Under the pieces are notes generated by a model. The model saw only the letters and a program-made list of their open reading frames with translations. It was not told the origin of the DNA and made no database searches. A stretch of DNA of 53,177 nt, the filler included, from Catajapyx aquilonaris (Eukaryota), in assembly GCA_000934665.2 (NCBI GenBank). It is 3 parts of 3 records of this genome, joined end to end, with 100 filler letters (N's around TTAATTAATTAA, not from the genome) between each part and the next. Parts side by side here need not be neighbours in the genome. Positions count along the whole stretch, not along the records: positions 17,735 to 35,356 come from JYFJ02006902.1; positions 35,457 to 53,177 come from JYFJ02006903.1; 1 more part is not named here. One strand, 5' to 3'. The number at the start of each line of letters is the position of its first letter. The stretch's first letter is position 1. The translations under genes and the position numbers were made by a program. Positions 34,750 through 46,082 of the stretch are shown here, piece after piece.

Positions 34750-35356
34750 TAGTAGGGTCGCTTAACGTCGAATTTCGCGTCAATGGGGACACACCGGACA
34801 AAAGCACCAAATTTTTCCCAGGTACTAGTCAGGTGCTTAGCTTTCAATTTTTGATAGGAGCCAACCCCTCCGTCGGCCATCTTGGGTTTCACAGCGGCCA
34901 TTTTGAAATATAGGCAAATTATCCATTTCTCGGCTTCTAAATCACTTAGGACCACAAGTTTGGTGTCGAAATATACATATTTGGGGCCAGGTAATACAAC
35001 TACACAATTATTAAACGCATCAGACTACATATTTATTCACTAACACATGAACCAATTACAAACAATGCACCAATTATAGCTGTTTTGAAAATTAAGACAT
35101 TCAAACAATCGCATGAGAAGTTTAAATGCGGTCACTGCATATAACCAATGATATGCTACCATTTACAAAGGATTCGCCAAAACCAAATGTACATTAAAAA
35201 CAACATATAATACTTATTCATTCAATTCAAAGACAATAAATCGTATCATGATATAGTATACTAGGAAAACCCTCGCTCCGCTCGTATTTTCCTAGGGCGC
35301 AGGCCAAGAAAACCACTCGCTTCGCTCGCTCTTTTCTAGGCCTGCGGCCTGAGGTG
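34750..35356. mobile_element. Probable non-autonomous Helentron-associated element, truncated by the gap
   Basis: Terminus TAGTAGGGTCGCTTA..CACCGGACAAAAGCACC, internal GGCCATCTTG / GGCCATTTTG motifs, and tandem hairpins with CTCGCT(C/T)CGCTCG at ~35262-35340. Family assignment rests on recalled resemblance only. Confidence 0.4.
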
Positions 35357-35456
35357 NNNNNNNNNNNNNNNNNNNNNNNNNNNNNNNNNNNNNNNNNNNN
35401 TTAATTAATTAANNNNNNNNNNNNNNNNNNNNNNNNNNNNNNNNNNNNNNNNNNNN
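35357..35456. other. Artificial assembly spacer (44 N + TTAATTAATTAA + 44 N)
   Basis: Identical to 17635-17734. Confidence 0.97.
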
Positions 35457-35753
35457 TAGGTAAGGGTAGGTAACCAGAGAGGCATAAAGGATAACTGGGT
35501 AAAGGGTAGGTAACCTCCGGAGAGGCGTGACCGTTGGCCAAGATATTGTCTTGACTACTAAGCCTCGAGCGTAGAGCGGCGCCCGGTTATAAAGGTGGTG
35601 CCCCAGTGCGAGATGGATATGTGATGTAGCCAGGAGTCACGTGATGGGTATGCGGCACGTGGGAAGCCGGGTTGGAATGGTGCATGTACATTCAGATACA
35701 AAATAACATTCATCAAGTGGGGCACATAGTGAACATGGTCAAATTCGGTCACA
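35457..35753 (-). mobile_element. LTR-like sequence inserted into IR gene A (truncated by the contig end)
   Basis: IR homology stops at ..EDLPDSY and foreign sequence begins TGTGACCG on -. It contains TATAA with an Inr-like TTAGT ~30 nt downstream. A ~98-bp portion is repeated at ~36355-36453, where it continues into AATAAA. Confidence 0.6.
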
Positions 35754-37184
35754 ATATGAGTCTGGCAAATCCTCCTGAACTGGAGATGCCAAAAAACTGA
35801 AGTACAAGGCTTCGTATCCGATGATGATGACCAGGGAATAGATCCACCAGAAGGAGATGAAGAGTCTGGAGGGGTCACCTCGGGGGATGGTGTTGGGGTT
35901 TTCCTCGATCAGGGTGGAAAACAGGTATCTGGCCGAGTAGAGGAAGAGGGAATAGGACGGACCCTTGTCTGGAAAAGGGTTGCCGAAAGTGCTCTCTATT
36001 CTTAGCAGGGCGAAAAGGACAAAGCTGCCTGCCAAAGTGGCCAAGAATATCAAAACCCACATTTCAGGAGTGTAAGGCAATAGGGCAGAGTTCCATGAAT
36101 AAATTGGTCTGGATACCCTGGTGGAAAAGGTCATCGTATACACTTTCGTAAAGACAACTTGTACAACGTGAGTCGTAGACGACAAGATGGTAAAGCCTAT
36201 CTCAGATCTTTTGTGAATAATCTCCCCGGTTGACCCCGAATAGTTTCCGTCAGACAACAACCTATCCGGGATTTCACCATCTTCTAGAGGCAGGGTACGC
36301 ACATAAGAAAATCAAGATGGGTTACGTTCAAGCACAGTCTGTTTATTTTCAATCAAGGGTAGGTAACCTCCGGAGAGGCGTGACCGTTGGCCAAGATATT
36401 GTCTTGGCTACTAAGCCTCGAGCGTAGAGCGGCGCCCGGTTATAAAGGTGGTGNCAAACATAGGCAGCGAATTATCTACTATAAACTGCAGCTCCTGCTT
36501 TGTCAAATCAAACATCAAAGTTCCGTTTATGTGCCTACCATGCAAATTCACAGAATAATCGGGGAACAATTCTGGTAAAGCTTTACCTTTCGTGTATTGA
36601 GCGACATGCACCACCATTGGATTACCGCCATCGCAATAATGACAGTTGGCCATCGCCTTGAGCGAGCTGGAGTCCTGGTCGAACTGGATCCCGACCTGAA
36701 AGAGCATGAGTTGGGCGATGGGATGCATCAAGACTGTGTCCAGACCTCCGTCCCTGGGCCAGAAGAGGAACCTGTCCCTTCCGGTGTCCATGAGGTGAAG
36801 AGTGGCCGCGTGGACCACCAGAGGAGACAAGGTGTCCAGTGTCCCGAAGGCGAAGAGGAAGGTGGCGCAGGGGTCCAGTCTCCTGGCCTCCGGTCTGTGC
36901 AGCCAGGAGAACCAGTACTGTCCACTGGCGTCCACTGGTGTCCCGTCCCACCTCACCACCGCCACTTCCTCCGATCCATTGTTGATCAGCCGGTTAAACG
37001 AAGAGGGGAACACCAACCAGTCGCCGCACAACACCAGGAGACACTCGGGTCTCGAACCACGGACATCTTCCACCAGGGATGACACCAGCTCTTCCTCTTC
37101 CGACCCAACAGGTGAAGGTGACAAGTGGACTTGACCAGAAGCGACTGCGGCCAAAGCCAAGAGATAGACCCCGACCCCCTGCAT
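35754..37184 (-). pseudogene. Divergent intronless ionotropic receptor (IR, variant iGluR) gene A; disrupted in this assembly at ~36303-36454 and at 35753
   Basis: Signal peptide MQGVGVYLLALAAVASG; ELFPDYSVNLHGR; DGNYSGSTGEI (S1); WNSALLPYTPEMWVLIF (M1); FSTLIEE (pore); SRLFISFWWIYSLVIIIGYEALYFSFLASP (M2/M3); EDLPDSY. Colinear with IR gene B. Confidence 0.8.
36303..36454 (-). mobile_element. Second fragment of the same LTR-like sequence inside IR gene A; the junction coincides with a single N (36454)
   Basis: Direct repeat of ~35502-35600 with 1 mismatch, plus an AATAAA-containing extension; replaces roughly 18 codons present in IR gene B. Confidence 0.55.
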
Positions 37185-37194
37185 GACCAAGCCC

Positions 37195-37232
37195 AAACTA
37201 ACTCATGACCATTGATCCCATCCCTCTTTATA
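37195..37232 (-). promoter_or_regulatory. TATA box plus Inr-like core promoter of IR gene A
   Basis: TATAAAG at 37232-37226 and TTAGTT about 33 nt downstream, 15 nt before the ATG at 37184. Confidence 0.5.
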
Positions 37233-37679
37233 GGGGACAGACCGGTGACATTTCGCGAAATTTCACATAACGTGCACAATGCGGGAACACATTGGTATAA
37301 TTATTAATTTATGGAAGTACGTATCGATTGAAATAAACTTGTACTTTTAAAAAATCAAGCCGCCGTTGCTGTATGAGTTGTGTATGACGATTAGTACCGA
37401 AATGTGACAATTTCTTCCAGCAGAATAGTAAACGAAGAAATTTCCCCTGTCCATCACTCTCTTTGCTGCGTAGTTTAGACTTTAGAGGGTAAACATATTA
37501 TTTTCATCTGATATTTGGAACTCGATATGGAGGACTTGGAGTTGCAATTTTGGAGTCACAAGGACACGTCCAATATTTTGATCAATACTTTATATGCAGC
37601 ATTATACATCAGAAAGGTGCGGGTGCACTTTATATATATACAAATGTAACTCGAAATATCCTTTTATTACTCTTTGCTT

Positions 37680-37816
37680 CAAGGTGTCCAGTATCCCGAA
37701 GGCGAAGAGGAAGGTGGCGCAGGGGTCCAGTCTCCTGGCCTCCGGTCTGTGCAGCCAGGAGAACCAGTAATGTCCACTGGCGTCCACTGGTGCCCCGTCC
37801 CACCTCACCACCGCCA
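37680..37816 (-). repeat. 137-bp duplicated fragment of the IR gene A coding region (source 36828-36964)
   Basis: Same orientation, 3 substitutions, AT-rich unrelated flanks. Confidence 0.9.
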
Positions 37817-38449
37817 AAAGAGTCAGCAATAATTCTTACATCATACATTAGTTCCCAAATTTACATTTTTATACCTGTTACGTGTGAAGTTTTGCATAGT
37901 TTTGTCCCTGTAGAATAACAAACGAGGCAACCCCTCGATATGAAAATGACATATCCATCAAAGCTCTGAGTTTACTTAGGCCAATGTGACTGAGTTTTCG
38001 ATCGCATTCTTTATGTTTTACCCATAGGCTTCCAATGGCAAGAAGGAACGTGTCACCAATTTGTTCAGTGGGGTTATGTCCTTTTTGGAGGACATTTGTG
38101 CTGCTTGCATAAGCTACTGATAATGAGATTCCAATTTAACGAATTAGCATAACGCGCATGTCCTGTCCATCAACCAGTCAGAGGCAGACTTTTCCAGGAC
38201 AGGCGTGTGCGTATCGATGATTCAAACAGACCAATAATCATTTCCACTCATCTTGAGAGATTTCTCACTCATGTTTCTACTTGAAATATTATTGGATTTT
38301 GTGGGTGGTAGTTTTTTTTACTCCTGTATTTCAATTGAAATTAAGTGTGAAACACCAATTGAATTTATGCAATTGTTTCAAATTAAACATACTGATGATT
38401 ATTGGCATGTAGATGGCTGGCTTTGTTGCGAAGACTACTAATGACAAGG

Positions 38450-38733
38450 AATATACCTTCTATCCTTTAGTCATGTTGCAACTATTGCGGATGGTGCCTT
38501 CGAAATATTTCATGAAGGGACCCTTGTCCATCAGTGGATAGTATTTGTTTAGGACTTCCGAGCGACTAAAATGGTACATCAAAAAGCGGTATTTTATTAT
38601 TAACAGTTGCCCCAAATGATGCCAATAATGGGCATATTTCAGCGACCTAAACAAACACTCCGCGATGATGGCAAAGAAACATTCACAAGAAGTATATTTT
38701 TCATTTAATATTCTGTAGTGGGGCATCAAAGGG
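38450..38733. repeat. Local segmental repeat; other copies at ~47380-47642 (close), ~39090-39325 and ~49330-49510 (diverged)
   Basis: Direct alignment by eye: ATACCTTCTATCCT..GTCATGTTGCAACTATTGC..GGGGCATCAAAGGG. Confidence 0.8.
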
Positions 38734-38858
38734 CGACACGGTGGTGGAGTGGTTAACGCCGCAGCCTTCCACCTCTGAGGTCCCGAGTTCGATTCCCGGG
38801 TTGGACGAAGGTGGATAGAGTTTCGATGGGTTCTCTCCGTGTTCGCGTGGGTTTTCCT
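38731..38858 (+). mobile_element. Truncated tRNA-derived SINE with a V-domain-like central segment
   Basis: A box TGGTGGAGTGG, B box GAGTTCGATTCC, then GTGGATAGAGTTT..GTTCTCTCCGTGTTCGCGTGGGTTTTCCT. Confidence 0.55.
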
Positions 38859-40319
38859 TGTTTACAGTTGATAGATTATAATGTCATTTTGCGAGGGCTA
38901 TTTAGTATTAGTCACCATCACTTCTGCCTCCAACCCAGATGAAGTGGACATTGGATGTGCGCATAGCCCACTGTGGACAACGCCCACACACAGCTGCAAC
39001 TGCTTAAAACCATACAGAGTTTGCTAAATGCTGATAGTTGGCTCTGTTTTGCACATATAATAGCAAAGAATATAGCTTTCCTCAGACAGAGTCGTGTTGC
39101 AACTATTGTTGATCGTGCCTTCAGAATATTGCATGAGGAAGCCCATATATGTTTCTCCATCAGTGGATAATATTTGTTTAGTATTTTAGGCACTGGCACG
39201 ACGCGACTAAAATAGTATTTTTTGTTGTTCACAGTTGATCCACGTGATGCCAATAATAAATGGGACAATTTGAGCGACCTAAACACACACAGTGCGATGA
39301 TAGCAAAGAAATACACAAGACGTAGCCTATCTTTGGATTTTTTTATATATATTTATGATTCTATAGTAGGACACCATACTACTTGTCATTTCTCAGCTAA
39401 TTTTACTAGTTCTGATTGTCACTGAAACGGGAAAATGCTGTTAGATGAGAACTCTTTATAATTATTCAGGAACGCCAGGAACCTCGAATATGTGGGTACT
39501 GTATTAATTATGGAAATGAAAGCCTATTGAGAAAAAAAAATCTGTTTTTCACCAGGATTTTGTCTTCATTGCAACAACAAGAAAAATAGAGGTCCCATAA
39601 AGTGTGTAACATTGATCATTCCAAGTAAAGGCCAATCATGTAGGAGGTTACAAAATACTGTATATCCTGTGATGGTGCTTTACAACAACTAGTCTATAGT
39701 CTTAATAAATCCAATTTAACGATTACCATAACGCGCATGTCTTGTCCATCAACCAGTCAGAAGGAGGCCTCTTCAGGGCAGGAGTGTCCTGGTCGATGAT
39801 TCCAACGGGCCAATCATGATCCAGGATGATAGTCGGCTTCTATTCCACCTATAGACATGACTTTCCCTATATTAACACACCCTTGTCTTAACTGATTTTA
39901 TTGATCCCTACATAAATGAGGTTCTCTCACTAATTGATCAATTATATTAACTTCAGCACTATGATAACTGACATCATTTGCAAAATGGCTATCTATGAAA
40001 AATCATAATCAGAAACCAATAATAAATATGGGCATACAATAAAGTGAGAACCGATTCGAAAATCACACTCATCACAGTCATGACCATAAGCAGATCATAA
40101 AGCAAGATATGACGCACTCCCTTCGGCATCACGAGAGACGGGCAGAAAAACCAGATCGCTAAACCGATACCGGAAGTGTCCCAGGCAACTAATACTTCCC
40201 TCCAGACAGCAGAACGTTTGCGAATAAAAGTGTGGAACGTCTTCTGGGTAGAGAAGGTTTCTTCTGAGCCACTTCGTATATCACTCCCTGCAATGACGGA
40301 ATGCAAATGTATGACACTA

Positions 40320-40687
40320 TGTGGCAGTCTGCCTATTGTAGTGGCTGCTGCCAACAGAGGGCAGCACGGTGGATAGGGTGGGGAGCCACCTGGCGGATGT
40401 TGAGGGAACGTGGGGAGACGAGGCGAGGCAAGGGAACAGGGTGGTTGGGTTGGAGGTGACCTCCTGGTGTCCTGTGTCTGGGGGGCCGTTGGGCCCCATG
40501 CCCTGTGCGTAAGTGTTCTGTGTGTATGCTGGGTATGATTGTGAGTGTGCAATAAACAGTTTTATACAGGAACTGTGTGACTCCTTTGTCTGGGGTGAGT
40601 GGGAGAAAGGGGTCGGGGCTAGGCCTGGTGTGTGTCTGGGTCTGGTCCCATGTGTCGTGCCCTCTTTAGCCGGGTAGGCACGTCACA
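40320..40687 (+). mobile_element. Probable solo LTR (Gypsy-like) inserted in an IR remnant
   Basis: TGTG...CACA termini, 4-bp flanks ACTA / ACGA, internal AATAAA at ~40551; GC-rich island in AT-rich flanks. Confidence 0.6.
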
Positions 40688-43600
40688 ACGACCAGAGTAT
40701 GACCTGAGTCGACATCGCAGGACTGACCTGTCTGGAAAGGACAAAAGGACTGACATCACTCTCTCTTTCGCCATGTGAATCAAATTTGGTGTAAAAGTAG
40801 CATCCGGAAGGTCTCACTATGAATACCATAATGTGCACTCAAGAAACAAGAAACAGAGGCCGAACTGAAAATCCAATCGGATAGAGTCGATTGGATTTAA
40901 AAAAAAGGAAGTGGTGAGCGAGAGGAGCTATTGGCAAATGATAAACTAATGACCTAAAACCAGCCCGGGCAGCTGCAGTCAAATCTTCCACAATAAGACC
41001 AATAAGGAGGTCAGGATGTCAATGAACACTTTTGGAGCTTCAGCAATTTGCCACAGTAAACGGCATAACTACAGTATTAGTATAGTCAGAATAAGTGTTG
41101 TAAACTGAAAGCACCAGCTAACAGCAGTTGAGGCTAACAGTTACAAATAACAAATGTTAGTTGCAACTGCCATCAGCTAGTACTCTCATTTTCTCTCAAT
41201 ATTCCGACGTACCGGTGAGTCACTCACAAAACACCATCGTCACATCACATGCATTACAGTACTGTTGTCCAAGAAAGTGACTGACCTAGAGCAAGTGTCG
41301 CCATCACCTCAATAAGTTGACCTCAGTTGAGACACCCCAGTGTGTCGCACTGCCTCTCCCTGTCAGTGAAGTTGACCACAGTCGACATCGCAGTCTGGCT
41401 GCGCGGTCTGGAAGGAACTAAAAGACTGACATCACTCTCTGATTTAGCCATGTAAATCCAACATTTGCGACAAATAACCCTTGAAACGTCTGGATAGGAA
41501 ACCCAGATAATACAGGATGTTCCCAAAATGCTTTCTCGGTATATGATTCCTACAGTTCTAAAAGGGCATATAAGTAGCTCCACATTTCTGATTGGTTTCT
41601 TCGGATGTACGCGTACCGTACACTCAGAAACAGTAATAGCAACCTGCGACGCAAAACGGGAAATTCAATCAGGTTGAGTCGATTTGGACGAAAAAGGTTG
41701 TGGGTGAAATACATTGACCCAACACACATTTGTATCGTACTAAAAAAAATTGGACAAATGTTATTCGCGAATATTAAAAAGAAAGTGGACTTTTGTATGG
41801 AGCAAGGGTGACAGGAAGGAAATTATGACCTCATAGGTATGTGACTTCAGGTGTAGTTGGCGTTGTCCATTGTCACATGTGTTGCTTCAGTACACTTGAG
41901 CATTGTTCTGCTCATGAGTGTGATCCTCCTCGAAATCTTGCTGATTGGACCAACTACTGTAACACAGACGGTCCAGTGAGCATTCTGTAGCCTACTGCAA
42001 ACAGTCTGTGCTTCAGTCGTTAGCAGATAAATATCGTGAATTACCAGCTTAAATACTAGTTGCCAGAAGCTGATGATAGTTAAATGGCGGTGGATATCGA
42101 AAAGCAGCGCACAAGCAGATGTCCAGTCATTCGCCGGTGCACTGCAAGACGACGATCACAACCACAAAATGTCATCGGTGTAGGCTAATGTTGAACCTGA
42201 TTGGAACCATGAGTGCCAATTAAGTCTAAGGTGGTAACAAACACTTTATGTTGACCTTGACACAGACGCAGACGGTTCTAGGAAAATGAAAAGATACCTT
42301 TTCCTGAACATACAGTATATTTGGCGTCACTAAAGCACATAACTACACACGGTACCGGTTCATGCATTCAACAAGTTGAAAGCCTGATCGATCTGCTGTT
42401 TCCAATATTATACTTGTATATCGTCTCTACCGTATAGGAGCAAATATTTGCCTGAATGCTTGCGGAATAAGGCCAATTGAATTAGCATACTTTAATTTTT
42501 ATTTACACTGCCAAGCTCGCTCAAAACAATTTAGATTAAAAATTAAACAAAAAATTCAACCATCTTTAAAACTGTGACGTTGATGCCACCTGTTGAGCTA
42601 CAGTCTAACAACTATGATGGCAACGGACCACTCATCACAAAAGGAAAATATAGTTTGAAAAATCAGGAAAATGAAACTTACCTTACGATCACCAATAATA
42701 TATCTTAATGTCGAACTGCATGCTTCCAAAAGAGAAAGTTTTGACTTACCGTACCAATTCTTCACATTTTTTTTCGCTGACCGTGGCCATGTACGTGACA
42801 TAAGCAATGGCTTCACCATCGACCACCTATAGCTGCCACCCCTGAAAAAAGCACTAATAAAATATAAATAGCCACTCTGACTAACAGTTGATAGGCCAGC
42901 ACTGAAGTCTGATCTGGAAGTGATGCCGGATTTAGACATATTCTTGTATCCAGCCTCTGTCAACCGGATGTGGTCCACGAGCATGCGCTTTGTCTACATT
43001 CGTCTACCTGTTGCCCTCCCACATTTAACCTGGTATTCGGTCCATCCAGGGCAGCAGCACTCAAATCTTCCAAGATTAATAAGGAGGTCAGGGTGCCAAT
43101 CAACACTTTTGGAGCTTCATCAATAATAATTTTTCCGCACAAACTTTCACGCAGTTTGGTGTATATTCCTAAGGAGTTACTGTGGATGTTGACAATAAGA
43201 AATGAACTCGGCGTGGGCCTCGCGTCATTAGATTGCTGTGTCCATGACGACAAAGATTCGAAGCAATTTTCTCCATCATCAGCAGCAGCTTCTGTTTTTG
43301 GTGACCTTCTCAAGTGCGACCCATATGGACTTGATGTTTCCAAACTTATCTTTAACGACTGGGCTGTACATTAACATGGCTAATCAAAATGTCGAGATGG
43401 GAAAATGACAGATTAGCAATTAAATTCATATACTATACCCTGAAAGGCATCTGCGGAAATAATCACCTAAGTTTATACATAGAATTTGCCGCCATGATCA
43501 TGTCTTTATTGATACAAAAAGGACGAAAGGAGAAATAACATACAGACACTTATGTTTTATTGACATTTTAGAGTGACATTTTCGGTTGTACATTCCTCTT

Positions 43601-43759
43601 TACTCAAATGCATCAAATTAGCTGTAGTGGCCCAGAAAGTTTACTGCCTTTCCCAACAGCATAACTTACGTAGGCTCTACAGAACATTTGTTACTTGGCT
43701 ATTATAAAAGAAAGGTTTGGAAACACTGCTCTATAGGACGGTCATCGCTCATAAAAACC

Positions 43760-44110
43760 AGTTGAGAAATAAGCTTTTCCGAGTACGTGTGTTACCCAAT
43801 CGATCCCAATGATTCTGCCTTTTGCATAGTTCGTGATGTAATTTTGGCAAATCTTCCAGAAACAGTGATACCATAAACCCCCAAGAAAGTGCCTCGTATC
43901 CGCAAATTATGGATCAGGGAATAAATCCACCCGAAGGATATTAAGATTCTGGGTGAGTTTCCTTCCGGTATTTTGTTGGGATTTTCTTCTCAATCAAGGT
44001 GAAATATAGATTGAAAATTTCCTCCTGGAAATGGCTTGCGAAATTTGTTTTGAATATCTATTAATGCGAAAAGGACTATGCTTCTCACTAAAGTGGCCAA
44101 AATTATTACA
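43760..44110 (-). pseudogene. Fragment of a further IR paralog (M1-M3 region), frameshifted
   Basis: DNA similarity to 35750-36050 and 45130-45420 (CAGGGAATAAATCCACC; GCCTCGTATCCGCAAATTATG). Confidence 0.75.
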
Positions 44111-44452
44111 ATGCGGCACATTTAAAATCAATCGAAAATTAGATAATGCAAGTAAAAAGTGAAATGCAATAAGCGGATATATGCGAAGGTTATTTATTGG
44201 TCACACAATATAATAATTATTATTTTGTGATCATAAGGATTTGATTTCCTTAATTGATATTGCAGGTCCTGTATTTTCATGATGGTTAGTCGGAGAGTGC
44301 AACAGGATGACACATCCAATCTAATTCAGCTGTATTTAAATGTGCAGTTGGACAAGCAGAGTGGGGCTTGTATATAAATTATGGAGGAGATATTTTATTG
44401 CTACCTCTAAAGTGCAATATTATTTCAATCGGCCATTTAGAAGCGATATCTA

Positions 44453-45929
44453 TCAAGAAGGTTTGGCCGCGACATTTACACTACATTTGGGAACTGACAG
44501 TATGGCCAGTGATGCTCTCGTGCTCTCGTTTCTAAGGGTTCCCCGATGGATGCTGTCCGTGTTGTACATACAGTATTTCCAATGAAGTATTTCTCCAATA
44601 AAGAGAATAATCCCTCCTCCCCAGCAAAAAATGAATAGAAAATATATTATTCCTCTCAACTGATCAAAATTCAAAGCCATTGACACATCATACCATCTAT
44701 CAGTTTTTCGTGCATCCCTGAGTCCCAATCGAAGAAGAGTGTAGGCCAAGTACTCGTCGTCTTTGGCCATGAGGCCGGAATCGATGTAGTAATAAGACAT
44801 TTTGTCCATTATGGGTTGCCACAAACTGTGCTTGTCAAAAATATATCCACCGTAAAATAACACATCAGCATTTGCAGCAACAACTATTGGAATTTTCCCT
44901 GCCTTGTCTACATATTGAGCCCCAAAAGCAAGCAAAAACTTACGTGGGGATACGCAAGCAAAGTTTGTCGCTATTGCTTTGCTAACACATATGCTGAGGT
45001 CGTCCTCGTCACTCATATGCTCATCAATGGGTTGGAAATAATCAAGGTCATTGTCAATGAAAACATTAGAGAAATACGGTTTTGCTGGTCCCAGAGTTCC
45101 CCACTTCCAGTCACGTCGATTGCCGAGATCTTGATATGATTTAGGCAAATCTTCCTGCTGTGGCGATGCTAAGAATCCGAAATACAGGGCTTCGTATCCA
45201 CAGATTATGACCAGGGAATAAATCCACCAGAAGGAGATGAACAGTCGGGGAGAGTCTCCTTCAGGTATTTTGTTGGGGTTTTCCTCAATCAGGGTTAAAA
45301 ACATGTATCGCAAAGAATACAGCATAATATTTTCTGGGGGACGTGTATCTGTAAACGGATTTTCGTACGATTTCTGCAATTTTAACTATCCAAAAAGGAT
45401 GAAACTGCCCGTTATGATAGAGAAAATAATTAGCATCCACATTTGGCCAGTATAAGGCATCAATAAAGAGTTCCAAGAATAACTGGGCCTGGAAGTCCTT
45501 GTGATAAATGTCATGGAATATATACCTTCGGAAATGCAATTTTGACAACCGCGCTGTGATTTGTAAGGATAGTGATTGATACTTTTAATTTTCTATGTAT
45601 GATCATACCGGTGGTTCCGGTGTAATTTCCGTCAGGCAGCAAGGGTTGTCCGGTATCACACCGTCCTCTAACTCTACTTCGTGCAACGTCCAGCCAAAAT
45701 TAAATTTATTGCTGGCCAACAACAGAAAATTAGCAACAGTAAACATAGGTACTAAATTGTCGAGCATGTACTGCAATTCCTCCTTTGCTAGATCGAATAC
45801 AAATGTTCCGTTGATTGATTTGCCATACAAATTTGTGGAATAATCCGAAAACAATTCCGGTGTTTGACGATTCTTTTTGTATTGACCGACATGCACCACC
45901 TTGGGATTACCGTGATCGCAATAATGATG
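44453..45929 (-). pseudogene. Divergent ionotropic receptor gene B: 5'-truncated, frameshifted pseudogene with an intact 308-codon C-terminal part
   Basis: HYCDHGNPKVVHVGQY..ELFSDYSTNLYGK aligns to gene A. Frameshifts near 45645 and 45520, in-frame TAG near 45388; then RLFISFWWIYSLVIICGYEALYFGFLASP, S2 (..IDSGLMAK) and M4 (ALNFDQLRGIIYFLF..GEI). Confidence 0.85.
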
Positions 45930-45961
45930 TTATACAATTTTGGGAATCCTATTTTTTGAAG

Positions 45962-46082
45962 CGCCCGGGCCCACGGCCAGGATGACAGGAGGGGATGTGC
46001 AAAGTGCAGTGAATCTGACGCTGTGGCCATTTTTAGTGAACTCCCCCGGGTGGTTTAGTCTGTAGGATATACCACCCGCAAT
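45962..46082 (-). mobile_element. Partial family-C SINE near the 5' truncation of IR gene B
   Basis: GGATGACAGGAGGGGATGTGCAAAGTGCA..GTGAACTCCCCCGGGTGG matches 15342-15440. Confidence 0.7.

Larger units (their letters stand above)
37845..43380 (-). pseudogene. Several highly decayed IR-like gene fragments
   Basis: Remnant peptides on -: GDTFLLAIGSL..LRALM..VASFVIL (~37915-38060), QKKPSLPRR..AVW..VLVA (~40180-40270), YMAKSESDVS..TVVNFT (~41370-41460), RWSMVKPLLMSRTW (~42780-42830). Paralogous DNA blocks recur at 40745/41425, 40960/43045 and 38130/39710. Confidence 0.45.

Noticed and set aside
35502..36453. Direct repeats as a CRISPR-like or regulatory array
   Set aside because: Only two ~98-bp copies, eukaryotic context, no cas genes; better explained as LTR-like fragments.
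36597..37134. Plus-strand ORFs (161 aa and 110 aa) overlapping IR gene A
   Set aside because: Antisense shadows of a GC-rich coding region with no independent protein features.
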